64,000 nt of DNA, from assembly GCA_963675745.2 (NCBI GenBank), contig CAXXWX010000019.1, forward strand, positions 64,001 through 128,000, written 5' to 3'. Below are positions 32,158 through 42,444 of the stretch, one piece after another. The stretch comes from Phycisphaerae bacterium. GTDB lineage: Bacteria > Planctomycetota > Phycisphaerae > UBA1845 > Fen-1342. Each line of letters begins with the position of its first letter. Position 1 is the stretch's first letter. The translations under genes were made by a program, and so were the position numbers. Below the pieces are notes generated by a model that was not told the origin of the DNA, searched no databases, and was given only the letters and a program-made list of their open reading frames with translations.

Positions 32158-34353
32158 CTACGGCTGGTTGAGTCGCGCCTCGACCTGCTGGAGCAACATT
32201 GCTGACTCGGTGCGCGTTGCATCAAGGGCCAGTGCGGCGCGCAGTGCCTCGGCGGCTTCGGGTAGCTCGGCGAGTCTGTAATGCATGACGCCGAGGTTGT
32301 GAAGCGTGGCCACGTCGCGCGGCCGCTCGACGCGCGCACGCACAAAGTAGTCGCGCGCGGCCGCGTAGTCGCCGAGCTTAGACGCGATCGTGCCCAGATA
32401 ATAAAGGGCATCGGCATCACGCGGCGCGATGCGCAGAATGTGGTCATACTGGTCGCGCGCCGCCTCGAATTGTTGCGTGAGCAGCAACAGGCGGGCATAT
32501 GCGGCGCGTAACGCCAAATCGTCGGGAGCCAGTGCCACAGCGCGGGCGAACAACTCGGCGGCGCGCGCGGGTTTACCACGCGCCTGTTGAGTTTCGGCGA
32601 ACATGGCGAGCAGTTTGTAGTCGTCGGCGTGCCGCGCGACGGCGGGCTCCAGGACGGCGGCGGCCTGGTCGAACTGGCGGGCAAGTATGAGCATCTGGGC
32701 CACTCGTCCGATCAGGCCACGATTGTCGGGGTCGGCGCCTATGGCGCGCTGGTACTCAACAAGCGCCTCCGCCGTGCGCCCCTCGGCCTTGAGCATGTTA
32801 CCGAGCTCGATTCGGTGGGGCGTATCGCCGGGCTCATACTCGAGACCGGCCCGGCAGGTTTTAATGGCGGACTGGCGATCGCCCAACTGCTGGTACGCGT
32901 ATGTCTGGCCAAAAAGCACGCCCGACGGCACGCGCACATCGAAGCCACACAGGCGATTTACGCTCCCGAGGGTGAACCCGACGAGCAGGGCCAGCACGAC
33001 GGCAACCGTCGTTCGCGGATATGAACGCCATTGCCAGGCGCGCATCAACACCCACGCCGCCGCCACCACCAGGATCGGGATGGCGGGCGTGCGAAAGCGG
33101 GGGGAATACCAGAAGAACGCCGTCACAAACACGGGCACAAATAACAGCAGCCATTCTGGGCCGTAGCGCAGCGGCCGGCACAGCAGAATCAGCATCCCGA
33201 CCAGGGCCGGCGCGACGACCAGGGGCGTGGTGAGCGGCATCAGGCGTAGCCAGCGGTTGAAGCCCAGCATCATCTCGATGGTGGGTTGGTAGATATCGCC
33301 ATAATGGCGTGAGGAGACAAACCCGTAGAGTTTACGGCTGACCAGCCACAGAAATGTCGCCGGGTTGTCACGCCAATACTGCACCGCCTGGTCGCGGAAA
33401 TAGCGGTCAACCGCCTTCCAGGTGGCATGGCGGCCGGTTTTCTGCTCGTAAACGCGAGCGGCGTCGGCGTGCATGAGGTCGCGGCGCGTGCTGATCTCCG
33501 GCAGCGGAGCATAGACGCCTTCGGCACCCGGGTGATTGCCGAGTCGCAGCGTGATGCCGCCCACGGCTTGCACGGGGAATAGTTCGCCGCTGGCATGGAG
33601 GTTGTGCAGCGTGGCCGGCGCGATGACTATCAGGGCTGTTGCGGTCGGCAGTGCGGCTTTCCATAGTGTGTGGGGCTCGCGTCGCCGGCTCAGCAGCAGC
33701 CATAGCGGCACAAGTCCCAGCAGGAGCAGGGCGGGGGCGTAGGCCAGGCAGAGCAATCCGACGGCGCCGCCGGCCAGCAGGTGGCTGAGCGTGGTGGCCC
33801 GGGTTTGCAGCCGGACGAAAGATGCCCAGGTCACGGTTACCAGCAGCAAATGCAGTGAACTGGCGAGGATGCGCAGTGAGGACGAGGCCGGCTCCTGCAT
33901 GAGCAGCAATATCGCGGCGGCCACGAGCCCGACGCGCGCGCTGAAACGCCGACGGCACACCGAGGCCAGCAGCCAGGCGGTTGCCAGGTCGGACAGCAAC
34001 TGGAGCACGTAGACGGTGGTGAGTCCGCCGCCCACGGCGCGGATGGCTCCCAGAACGTAGGGATATAGCGGGGCGGAGAAGAAGGGGGCGTCCTGGATCA
34101 ATCCGCCGGTGCTGATGCGTTCGGCCCAATCCCAGTAGACCGCGGCATCGTTAAGCGGCACCTGTGCCAGCGGGTTGGTGTTTACGTACACGCTGAGAAC
34201 GATGAGGCGGCAGGCCAGGCTAAGCAGGCACATCGCCGCCAGGATCAGCCGGAACCGTCGCGCGGCACCGAGCTGTTCCTGCGGCGGCTGACTGGCATCG
34301 GTGGCAGATGACGTGACAGCGGCTGGCCGATTCTTGTCTGTGCGTCTGCCCAT
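32158..34353 (-). CDS. GT39/PMT-like membrane glycosyltransferase with C-terminal TPR repeats
   Basis: DAAVYWDWA, APLYPY, many TMs, SPRFRTP, several TPR repeats. Confidence 0.75.
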   Translation of the reverse strand: MGRRTDKNRPAAVTSSATDASQPPQEQLGAARRFRLILAAMCLLSLACRLIVLSVYVNTNPLAQVPLNDAAVYWDWAERISTGGLIQDAPFFSAPLYPYVLGAIRAVGGGLTTVYVLQLLSDLATAWLLASVCRRRFSARVGLVAAAILLLMQEPASSSLRILASSLHLLLVTVTWASFVRLQTRATTLSHLLAGGAVGLLCLAYAPALLLLGLVPLWLLLSRRREPHTLWKAALPTATALIVIAPATLHNLHASGELFPVQAVGGITLRLGNHPGAEGVYAPLPEISTRRDLMHADAARVYEQKTGRHATWKAVDRYFRDQAVQYWRDNPATFLWLVSRKLYGFVSSRHYGDIYQPTIEMMLGFNRWLRLMPLTTPLVVAPALVGMLILLCRPLRYGPEWLLLFVPVFVTAFFWYSPRFRTPAIPILVVAAAWVLMRAWQWRSYPRTTVAVVLALLVGFTLGSVNRLCGFDVRVPSGVLFGQTYAYQQLGDRQSAIKTCRAGLEYEPGDTPHRIELGNMLKAEGRTAEALVEYQRAIGADPDNRGLIGRVAQMLILARQFDQAAAVLEPAVARHADDYKLLAMFAETQQARGKPARAAELFARAVALAPDDLALRAAYARLLLLTQQFEAARDQYDHILRIAPRDADALYYLGTIASKLGDYAAARDYFVRARVERPRDVATLHNLGVMHYRLAELPEAAEALRAALALDATRTESAMLLQQVEARLNQP

Positions 34354-34543
34354 CGCGTACTCGCCCGGAACACAGCCTATCGGCGTGGCGCCGAATCGAC
34401 ACACGCAGATTATCGGCTTGGGGCGTTACGTGCCAGGATAGTCAACGGGGCACAGCGCGAGCGGCTTGGGCCGCAGGTATCCGGCGCGTGTTGTCGCGGC
34501 GGCGTCAGACTTGGCCATCGGCGCGGCGTGCGGCCAGTCGTGC

Positions 34544-35911
34544 TCAGTCCACTGTCTCCAGCAGTGCGGCCTCTGCCTGCACATGACGCCATCGATGGTC
34601 CGCCACTCGGCCGGCGCATTCGTTCAGTTCGCCCGCGACGGCGTTCCAGGTTGATTCGCCTACCCGGCCGGTGTCGGCCGATTCGACGGTTGCCGGGTCG
34701 GGTGAGAAGCGGCCGGCGACAATCGCCTCACCGATCTGGCGATACGCTTGCCGGAAGGGCATGCCCTGCCGTACGAGATCGAGGGCTGCGTGCGTGGCGT
34801 AAATTTCCGGCCGCAGCGCCGCGGCCATGCGGTCGGCGTTGAGCTTGAAATCGGCGAGCACGCGGCCGGCGGCGGTCAGCATGTCCACTAGCTCATGCGC
34901 CGTGCGTATGGCGGGTTCCTTGGTCAATTGCAGGTCGCGATGATAGCCGGAGGGGAGTTTTCCGCTGACCCATTCCAACTCGGTCAGTCGCGCGCGAAGG
35001 CGCGCGCCGCGCGCCCGCAGCAGCTCCAGCACGTCCGGGTTTTTCTTCTGCGGCATGATTGATGAGCCGGTCGTCATGTCGGCGGGCAGCTCGAAGAACC
35101 CGTACGCCGGACTAGCGAATAGCAGCATATCGCAGCTCAGTTTTTCCAACAGCGCGCCGATGTCGGCGGCGACGCGCAGGAAGTACTTCTCCATGCGGCC
35201 GCGACTGTTTTGCACGTCGACCGGACTACGCTGCACGCGCCGGAAGCCGAGCAGCGCGGCGGTATAGTCTCGATCGAGCGGCAGCGGCACGCCGAAGCCG
35301 GCGCCGGTGCCGAGCGGGCAGGCGTCGAGCCGGGTGAGCAAATCGAGCCCGGCATACATTTGCTCGAGGGCGGCTTCGATGACGGCGTGCAACCACTGCC
35401 CGACGCTGGACGGCATTGCCAGTTCCATGTGCGTGTAGCCCGGCATGGCGAGTGCGCCGTCGCGGCGGGCACGCCGAAGCGCGATGCGGCCTAAGTCGGC
35501 CAGCAGGTTTAGCCAGGCCAGCGCGTGGTTTCGCATGAACAAGCGCATCGCCGTCGCGACCTGGTCGTTGCGCGAACGGCCGGTGTGAATCTTCTCGCCG
35601 GCGCTGCCGCACTCCGCGATCAGCCGTGCTTCGATGGCGGTGTGGCAATCTTCCAGCTCGGCGGGGATTGGGAACGTACCGGCCAGAGCGTCACGGTCGC
35701 ACTCGGCCAGGGACCGCAGCAGCAATTGCAGCTCTTCGGCGCTGAGCAGTCCGGCGCGATTTAGCGTACGGGCATGTGCGGCGGAGCCCAGGCAATCCCA
35801 GTGCAGGAGTTGCAGATCCCAATGTGGATCGTCACCGACGGTGAACCGGTGGGTTGCCGCGTCGAGGCCGGTTCCCTTTTCCCAAAGCCGTGCCGGCGCT
35901 GGTTTGGTCAT
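34544..35911 (-). CDS. argH: Argininosuccinate lyase
   Basis: IHTGRSRNDQV, MPGYTH, TGSSIMPQKKNPD. Confidence 0.95.
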   Translation of the reverse strand: MTKPAPARLWEKGTGLDAATHRFTVGDDPHWDLQLLHWDCLGSAAHARTLNRAGLLSAEELQLLLRSLAECDRDALAGTFPIPAELEDCHTAIEARLIAECGSAGEKIHTGRSRNDQVATAMRLFMRNHALAWLNLLADLGRIALRRARRDGALAMPGYTHMELAMPSSVGQWLHAVIEAALEQMYAGLDLLTRLDACPLGTGAGFGVPLPLDRDYTAALLGFRRVQRSPVDVQNSRGRMEKYFLRVAADIGALLEKLSCDMLLFASPAYGFFELPADMTTGSSIMPQKKNPDVLELLRARGARLRARLTELEWVSGKLPSGYHRDLQLTKEPAIRTAHELVDMLTAAGRVLADFKLNADRMAAALRPEIYATHAALDLVRQGMPFRQAYRQIGEAIVAGRFSPDPATVESADTGRVGESTWNAVAGELNECAGRVADHRWRHVQAEAALLETVD

Positions 35912-37032
35912 TGCACTCGGCCTCCCGCGTTGGTGTGCGCGGCCACGGCAGCCGGGCCGGCGCCGCGCGCCATACGCTCGAAGTATGCCAACGCGCAGAG
36001 CTGATAGCCGGCCGCACCCCGCGCCAGCTCGTCGGAGCACACGTGTTCGTCTGGTGTATGTGAGCGCGAGGAGTCGCCGGGGCCGATCTTGATCGTCGGA
36101 ATCCCCGCGAGGTAGATCATGTCGCTCATGGAGGGACTACCGGCGGGGGTGACACCCGACAGGGCGCTGCAAACCGCGGCGACAATCGGCGCGGCCGGGT
36201 CGGTCTCCACCGGTATGAGTCTGTCGCTGTGGATCAGCAATTCGCATTGCAGGTATGCGCGCAGGCGTTGATACAAGTCCGCGTGTGATTCGCGTGGCGT
36301 GGTGCGCACATCGAGGAAGAACTCGCAGTGGTCAGGGATGACGTTGCGAGCACGGCCGCCGCTGATCATGGTCACGTGGCCTTGGCAGGGGCCGAGCAGC
36401 GGGTGTGACGGTCCCCAATCGAAGTCTCGCAGCCGCAGCAACTGCGCGGCGGCGTTGAGAATGGCGTTGTCGGCGTTTGTCGGCGCGACATTCGCGGGGT
36501 GGGCCGCGCGGCCGCGCGCGATCCCACGCAGGATCAGCAAGCCGCGTTGGGCGATCATCGGCTGCATGCGCGTCGGTTCGCCGACGAGTGCGGCGTCGAG
36601 CGGTTGGAGTTGATCCACGATCGTGCCGAGTCCGGCGCCGCTGTTTTCTTCTTCCCCGGTCAGGGCCAGCACCAGCGTACCGCCGAGACGTTCGCCACGG
36701 TCGAGCCGCGCTTTCAGAGTTAGTGCGGCTTCGATCAACGTGACAACGCAGCCCTTGGCGTCGTTGGCACCGAGGCCGATCAGACGCTCACCTTCGTGGC
36801 GGAGCGTGAACGGATCGCCGGTCCAGCCTTCGCCGGGTGGAACGGTGTCGAGATGCGAATTGAAGAGCAACCGCGGCCGCGGCTGATCGCCGATTTCGCA
36901 CCAGAGGTTGTTGCCGCTGCGCTGCACGCGCAGGCCGGCGTCACACAGCTCGGCGCTCACTGCGTCGGCCAATGCGGCTTCCTGGCCCGAGAGGCTGGGC
37001 ACGGCGACCAATCTCGCCAGGCGCGGGATCAC
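35908..37032 (-). CDS. argE: M20 deacylase (ArgE-like; probable N-acylcitrulline deacylase)
   Basis: NSHLDTV, GLGANDAKG, GEE, GEPT, GPG..SHTPDE; sits inside the arg operon; GTG start overlaps the argB stop. Confidence 0.85.
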   Translation of the reverse strand: MIPRLARLVAVPSLSGQEAALADAVSAELCDAGLRVQRSGNNLWCEIGDQPRPRLLFNSHLDTVPPGEGWTGDPFTLRHEGERLIGLGANDAKGCVVTLIEAALTLKARLDRGERLGGTLVLALTGEEENSGAGLGTIVDQLQPLDAALVGEPTRMQPMIAQRGLLILRGIARGRAAHPANVAPTNADNAILNAAAQLLRLRDFDWGPSHPLLGPCQGHVTMISGGRARNVIPDHCEFFLDVRTTPRESHADLYQRLRAYLQCELLIHSDRLIPVETDPAAPIVAAVCSALSGVTPAGSPSMSDMIYLAGIPTIKIGPGDSSRSHTPDEHVCSDELARGAAGYQLCALAYFERMARGAGPAAVAAHTNAGGRVQ

Positions 37033-37967
37033 GCTTGCACCGTTTGGTTTTCGAGCAGCGGTTGTTCGGCGGTCCGCTGCCGGACCAGCAGCGTGCCGCA
37101 GCCTTCGTTGGTGAAGACTTCGCTCAGGATCGTGTCGGGGGCTGTGCCGTTGACAATGTGGGCGCGCGGCACGCCGCCGTTCAGGGCGTCGGCGCACGCG
37201 GCGAGCTTGGGTAGCATGCCGCCGCTGACGTGGCCGGCATCGATCAGCGCGCGCAGCTCCGCGAGATCGAGGTGCTCCTGCAACGTGCGCGGGTCGTTGA
37301 CGTCGAGCAGCACGCCATCGACGGTGCTGACCAGAAAGTACTTCGCGGCGCCCAGCTTGATCGCGATTCGCGCGGCGACGGTGTCGGCGTTGATGTTCAG
37401 CACCTGCCCGTTCTCATCCGCGGCGAGCGAACACACGACCGGCACGAACTCCTCGGCCAACAGGTTGCGCAGCAGGGCGACATCGACCTGCTCCACATCG
37501 CCCACGTGTCCGAAGTCGATCTCGCGGGTCTCTCCGCTGCCGGGGTCGTTTACCGCCTGACGCGGCCGGCGCGAGGCGGCGACCAGACCGGCGTCGATCC
37601 CGCTCAGACCGACCGCGGAGACGCCCGTGCGGCGAAACGCCGCCACCACGTCCGTATTGACCGTTCCCGCCAGCCCCATCTTGACGACTTCGAGGGTGTC
37701 GGTGTCGGTGATGCGGCGGCCGGCAAAGAGGTTGGGCGCGAGGCCGAGCCGCTTGCTGAGTGCGCTGACCTGTTCGCCGCCGCCGTGCACGACGACGAGC
37801 TGGATGCCCAACTGTGCCAGCAGGGCCAGTTGATCGACCAGATTGTCCAGCACGCGGCCGGGCGAGCACAGTTGCCCGCCGAGCTTGACCACGAACACGC
37901 GTTTTCGGTACGCGCGGATGTATGGCGCCGCGGTACGCAGGGCGTTGAGATTGTGCTGCAAGTGCAT
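37029..37967 (-). CDS. argB: Acylglutamate kinase
   Basis: VVKLGG, VHGGG, GRRITD, NINAD, GGMLPK; no fused acetyltransferase domain. Confidence 0.93.
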   Translation of the reverse strand: MHLQHNLNALRTAAPYIRAYRKRVFVVKLGGQLCSPGRVLDNLVDQLALLAQLGIQLVVVHGGGEQVSALSKRLGLAPNLFAGRRITDTDTLEVVKMGLAGTVNTDVVAAFRRTGVSAVGLSGIDAGLVAASRRPRQAVNDPGSGETREIDFGHVGDVEQVDVALLRNLLAEEFVPVVCSLAADENGQVLNINADTVAARIAIKLGAAKYFLVSTVDGVLLDVNDPRTLQEHLDLAELRALIDAGHVSGGMLPKLAACADALNGGVPRAHIVNGTAPDTILSEVFTNEGCGTLLVRQRTAEQPLLENQTVQA

Positions 37968-37985
37968 GGTTCTCGCTCCCGCCGG

Positions 37986-39002
37986 CTAATCGCACTCTGC
38001 CTGTGGCGGTTGGCCGAGCAGTTCGTTCAGGATTGCGGCCTGCGTCCACATGCGGTTTTCGGCCTGATCGACGACCACGCTCCGGGGGTCGTCGAGCGCG
38101 GCGTCGGCGATCACGACGTTTCGCCGAACGGGGAGGCAGTGCATCAGGATGGCGTCGGCGTGCAGGTGGTCCGGCGTAACGGTCCAGTTCGCATGCTCGG
38201 CAAAACTCTGCTTCTGCGCGGCCGCGTCACCGTATAAGGCCGCGCTGCCCCAGCTCTTGACGTAGACGACGTCCGCAGCGCGACAGGCGGCGGGCTGGTC
38301 GTGCGTTACTTCCAGTTTTGTGCCGGCGTCGTGGCACCAGGTGGAAGCGCGGTCGAGAATTCCGGCAGACAGCTCGTAGCCGGGCGGATGGGCAATCGTG
38401 ACCTGCATTCCCGCGGCGGCGGCGGCCAGCACGGCCGAGTGCGGAACCGCCATCGGCAGACCCTTTGCCTGCGGGGCCCAGGCAAGCGTAAAGCGTTTGC
38501 CGGCGGTGCCGGAGAGCTTTTCGTCGATCGTCATCCAATCGGCCAGACCCTGGCAGGGGTGTTCGGCGGCGGATTCCATGTTGATCACCGGTACGGTGGC
38601 GAACCGGCCGAACGCGCGGATTACCTGGTCGAGCGCGTCTTCGGCGGCATTACGCATGGCGGCAAACGTTCGCACCGCCAGCGCGTTGCCGTAGCGGCTG
38701 AGCACGGGCGCGGCTTCGCGGATGTGCTCGGCGGCGGGGCCATCCATCACCACGCCGTCGCGATACTCTAGCTGCCAGGTGTCGCCACCGACGTTCAGGC
38801 AGATGGCGTGTCCGCCGTAACGCAGCATGGCGGCCTCGAAAGAGGTGCGTGTGCGCAGCGACGGATTGAAGAACACCGTTGTGAGGATTCGTTCGCGCAG
38901 CGCCGCCGCCGTGGCGTCGCCGCTCTTCAGACAGCGGGCGGCTTGCACGAGTTGCGCGAGGTGCTGCGGGTCGTAGTCGAGCATACTGAGGTAGTGTTGC
39001 AT
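37986..39002 (-). CDS. argF: N-acylornithine carbamoyltransferase (AOTCase/SOTCase family, ArgF')
   Basis: FNPSLRT, MDGxxxEH, HPCQ, WAPxxKxLPxAV, KSW, HCLPVRR. Confidence 0.9.
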   Translation of the reverse strand: MQHYLSMLDYDPQHLAQLVQAARCLKSGDATAAALRERILTTVFFNPSLRTRTSFEAAMLRYGGHAICLNVGGDTWQLEYRDGVVMDGPAAEHIREAAPVLSRYGNALAVRTFAAMRNAAEDALDQVIRAFGRFATVPVINMESAAEHPCQGLADWMTIDEKLSGTAGKRFTLAWAPQAKGLPMAVPHSAVLAAAAAGMQVTIAHPPGYELSAGILDRASTWCHDAGTKLEVTHDQPAACRAADVVYVKSWGSAALYGDAAAQKQSFAEHANWTVTPDHLHADAILMHCLPVRRNVVIADAALDDPRSVVVDQAENRMWTQAAILNELLGQPPQAECD

Positions 39003-39112
39003 GGCTAGGCTGCCTCCAGTTGGCGCAGGGTGTCGGCCAGGTCGTCCAGTACGGAAAGCGGCGCGTTCAGAGCGTGCGGCGTGTTTGTTTTCGCGCTATT
39101 CATGGAAACCTG

Positions 39113-40177
39113 CTATAGGGGGCGTGCCGCCGGACTCCAGAGACCGGCGGTCTCCGGCAGGTCGCACATCAGGTTCATGTTCTGGATGGCGGTACCGGAC
39201 ATTCCTTTTCCGAGGTTGTCGAGCGCTGCCATCGCGACGACCTGCCGGTCACTAACCGCCACGCAGAGATCACAGAAGTTCGAGCCGGCGACGTTTTGCA
39301 GTTCGGGTGGCTCGTCGAGGATGCGAACAAACGGCCGACCTGCGTAGAACGCTTCACAGCGCTGCTTCATCTGCCTGGTGTCGGATGGCTCGCGCAGCTC
39401 GAAATGGGCGGTTATGTAGATGCCGCGCGTGGCGTCGATGCTCTGCGCGACGAAGCTGGTTTGCAGACGTCGGCCGGTCGGGTCGCCGAGCGCCTGCAAA
39501 ACCTCCGGCTCATGTTGATGGGCCAGCGGTTTGTAGGCGCGGAAATTCGATCGCCGCGTCGCGTGGTGCGTCGTTTCCTTGAGCTGACGCCCCGAGCCGG
39601 ACGAGCCGGTTTTCGCGTCGATGACCAGCTTGCCGGCGGCGCTCTCGTCGATCAACGGGGCGGTGGCGAGGATGGCGCCGGTCGCCAGGCAACCCGGATT
39701 GGCGATGAAGCGGGCGCCTTGAATGTCTTGGTGGAACAACTCCGGCAGGCCGTAGACGAACTGCGATCGACGCTCGGGCAGCCACGGCGTATGCGGATAG
39801 TGCTGTTCGTGAGTTGGCTGGTGAGTTAGACGCAGGTCGCCGGAGAGATCGACGATGCGCAGCCTGTCAGTGCCGCTCGCGCCGTCCGCCGATTGCAGCA
39901 GTGCCTCGATCGCCGCCGCACTCGCACCGTGCGGCAACGCTGAGAATACCACGGCCGTTTCGGCGTCGAGCAGCGCGGGCAGGTCAATCTCGGGCGACAT
40001 GCGCAAGTCGTAAAAGCCGCGCAGATGCGGGTGTACATCGCCGATGGCCGCACCGGCGTGGGAAGTGGTCGTGACGGCGACGACGCGCGCGGCGGGATGC
40101 TGAACCAGCAGGCGCAGCAGCTCACCGGCCCCAAACCCGCTGCCTCCCAGAATCGCGACGTTTACGGGCATGCTCAT
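39113..40177 (-). CDS. argC: N-acetyl-gamma-glutamyl-phosphate reductase
   Basis: GGSGFGAGEL, ALPHG, DLSGDLR, YGLPE, ANPGC, HQHEPE, DNLGKG. Confidence 0.95.
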   Translation of the reverse strand: MSMPVNVAILGGSGFGAGELLRLLVQHPAARVVAVTTTSHAGAAIGDVHPHLRGFYDLRMSPEIDLPALLDAETAVVFSALPHGASAAAIEALLQSADGASGTDRLRIVDLSGDLRLTHQPTHEQHYPHTPWLPERRSQFVYGLPELFHQDIQGARFIANPGCLATGAILATAPLIDESAAGKLVIDAKTGSSGSGRQLKETTHHATRRSNFRAYKPLAHQHEPEVLQALGDPTGRRLQTSFVAQSIDATRGIYITAHFELREPSDTRQMKQRCEAFYAGRPFVRILDEPPELQNVAGSNFCDLCVAVSDRQVVAMAALDNLGKGMSGTAIQNMNLMCDLPETAGLWSPAARPL

Positions 40178-41238
40178 GACGCCACCACCGTTGCACGCTG
40201 CGCGTCTAGCCGGCACGCGATGAACTCGCCCAGATTACGGCCGCTGGTGCGCGCATTGATCGCCTTCAGTTTCAACCGCTGTTCGATGTAGCGCACTCCG
40301 ACCGCATTGTCGGTGGCGGGTCCGCTGATGACGTCGATGTCGAGACCAAACTGCTCGTGCAGGATTCTCTTGGCGCCCCAGGCGCCGACCGGATCGTTGG
40401 CGCACATGACGACGGCCGCTCCGAGGTGCATCAGGTCGGCGTCGGCGAGTATTTCCGCCACACCATACTCGCCGTGCACGCCGTCGCCGAGCTCCGCCAC
40501 GATGACGTCGGCGCCCAGTTGCGTGACGTGTGTGAAGAGAGCGCGTGTCACGCTGACGGCGTTGTGGCTGCTCGTCGAGGCCGCGCCGGCGTCGCCGAAC
40601 GAGACCGCCCAGCGCGCGCCGTAGTCCATCATCTTGAGCGTATCACGGCGCAATGCCACGCCCGTCAGCTTACAGCCGGCGACCGCGTTGCCACGTCGGG
40701 CCAGCTCGCGGATCAACTGGGCCGCGGCGGTTGTTTTGCCGCTGTTCATGCAGGTTCCCGCCACGTAGATGACCGGCACCGGTGGCGGGGCGGTGTCCGC
40801 GACAGGGATGGCGTTCATGCCGATATGAGCCGGCACACCTTCGCGCTTCTCAAACTGGGGAAAGACAAGCACGCTGCCGAGGATCTCGACGTCGAATGGT
40901 GGTCCGACGTCGGGGTTGATCGACGTGCAGTGTCCGATCACGCCGCCGAGGTTCAGCATTTGTAGCCGATCGCCGACGCGGACCTGCGCCGGTACGACGC
41001 CGGTATAGCCGTGCAGTGCGCTGCGCGCTCCGAGCACGCCGGCGATGATGTCGCCGTCGTGCAGCGTCACAAGCCGGCCGTGGAGGTCTTCGAGCTGGTT
41101 GTACGCGGTTTTCTCGCCCAGCACGCGGCCGGCGACGATGTAACCTTCGCGCGCGACGACGGTCTCGATCAGGCGGGCGTCGCGTCGCAACGGCACGTTG
41201 CCGGTGACGGAGGCAATCTTGTCAATCCAGACCCGCAT
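40174..41238 (-). CDS. DUF1611-like P-loop protein embedded in the arg operon
   Basis: GTCMNSGKT, KLTG..RD, FGDAG..ST, ELGDG; overlaps both argG and argC. Confidence 0.7.
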   Translation of the reverse strand: MRVWIDKIASVTGNVPLRRDARLIETVVAREGYIVAGRVLGEKTAYNQLEDLHGRLVTLHDGDIIAGVLGARSALHGYTGVVPAQVRVGDRLQMLNLGGVIGHCTSINPDVGPPFDVEILGSVLVFPQFEKREGVPAHIGMNAIPVADTAPPPVPVIYVAGTCMNSGKTTAAAQLIRELARRGNAVAGCKLTGVALRRDTLKMMDYGARWAVSFGDAGAASTSSHNAVSVTRALFTHVTQLGADVIVAELGDGVHGEYGVAEILADADLMHLGAAVVMCANDPVGAWGAKRILHEQFGLDIDVISGPATDNAVGVRYIEQRLKLKAINARTSGRNLGEFIACRLDAQRATVVAS

Positions 41239-42442
41239 CACACCGACTCCCACGCATCCGGGCCCGGGCCAGCAGCCAATCCTGCAAGCCATAGATCTTC
41301 GCGAAGGCGGCCGCTTCCGCTCCGGTCCACAGCGCGCTGCCTTCGCCGTAGAGGCCGATCTCCGGATCAAGCAGCGAGTAAGGGCTGGTGCTTCCCAGAA
41401 CCGTGGCCTGCCCGGCGGTCAGCCGCACCTGCACGTCGCCGCACACGGGCTGCTGCGAGGATTCGAGGAAGGCTTCGATGTCGCGCATCAGCGGATCGAA
41501 GAAGCGGGCCTCGTGCAAGGCCGCCGCATACAACTCTCCCAAGGTGCGCTTCCAGGTAAGCTGCTGGCGCGACAGCACGAGCTTCTCCAGCTCGCGATGG
41601 GCGGCGATCAGCAAGGTGGCCGCCGGCGCCTCGAAGGCCACGCGTCCCTTGATTCCCAGGATTGTGTCGCCGACGTGGACGCCGCGACCGACGCCGTATT
41701 CGCCGGCGCAGTTGTCCAGGAGACCGATCAGCCGGATCGGATCCAGCGCCTCATGATCCAGCGCTACGGGCACGCCACGCTCGAAGCTGATCGTCAGCTC
41801 CCGCGCATCGCGCGGTGCCTGCGCTGGCGAGCGCGTCAGTACATAGGCTTCCTCGGGCAGCACGCCGTCGCTGCGGTGGGTTTCGGCGCCGCCGATGGTC
41901 ACGCCCCACAGCCCCCGATTGATCGAGTACTTCGTGGTTCGGGCCTCAATGGTAATTCCGTGCTCGGCGAGGCACGCCGTCTCCTGCTCGCGGGACAGCG
42001 CCTGACTGCGCACCGGCGTGAGGATCTCCACGTCTGGCGCAAACACGCGAAACGCCACGTCAAACCGGATTTGGTCGTTGCCGGCGCCGGTCGAACCGTG
42101 GGCCAACGCCTGGGCGTCGATCTCGGTGGCGTACAACGCGCAGCGTTTGGCCTGCACCATCCGTTCGGCGGAGACGCACAGCGGATACACGTCGCCGCGG
42201 AGGGCGTTGGCGAAGATCAGGTGCTTGAGATAGTCGTTGAAGAGCTCGTGGCGCGCGTCGATCGTGACATGCCGCGCGACGTTCAGCGAATGGGCCCGGG
42301 CTTCGACCGCCGCGACTTCGTCAGCGGCGTTGTCGGTCTGGACCATCACGGTGTGTACGTCGTAACCCTGCTCGGCGAGCCAGACCGCGCAGTAGGTTGT
42401 GTCGAGGCCACCTGAAAAAGCCAGAACCGCTGTGCGAGTCAC
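41222..42442 (-). CDS. argG: Argininosuccinate synthase
   Basis: LAFSGGLDT, AHGSTGAGNDQIRF, GIKGRVAFEAP. Confidence 0.95.
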   Translation of the reverse strand: MTRTAVLAFSGGLDTTYCAVWLAEQGYDVHTVMVQTDNAADEVAAVEARAHSLNVARHVTIDARHELFNDYLKHLIFANALRGDVYPLCVSAERMVQAKRCALYATEIDAQALAHGSTGAGNDQIRFDVAFRVFAPDVEILTPVRSQALSREQETACLAEHGITIEARTTKYSINRGLWGVTIGGAETHRSDGVLPEEAYVLTRSPAQAPRDARELTISFERGVPVALDHEALDPIRLIGLLDNCAGEYGVGRGVHVGDTILGIKGRVAFEAPAATLLIAAHRELEKLVLSRQQLTWKRTLGELYAAALHEARFFDPLMRDIEAFLESSQQPVCGDVQVRLTAGQATVLGSTSPYSLLDPEIGLYGEGSALWTGAEAAAFAKIYGLQDWLLARARMRGSRCDAGLD

Positions 42443-42444
42443 CG

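Noticed and set aside
41198..42415. Long antisense or alternate-frame ORFs (also 27270..28646, 37230..38237, 46747..47817, 51032..52066)
   Set aside because: They shadow well-supported genes, as expected in high-GC DNA, and have no recognisable motifs.
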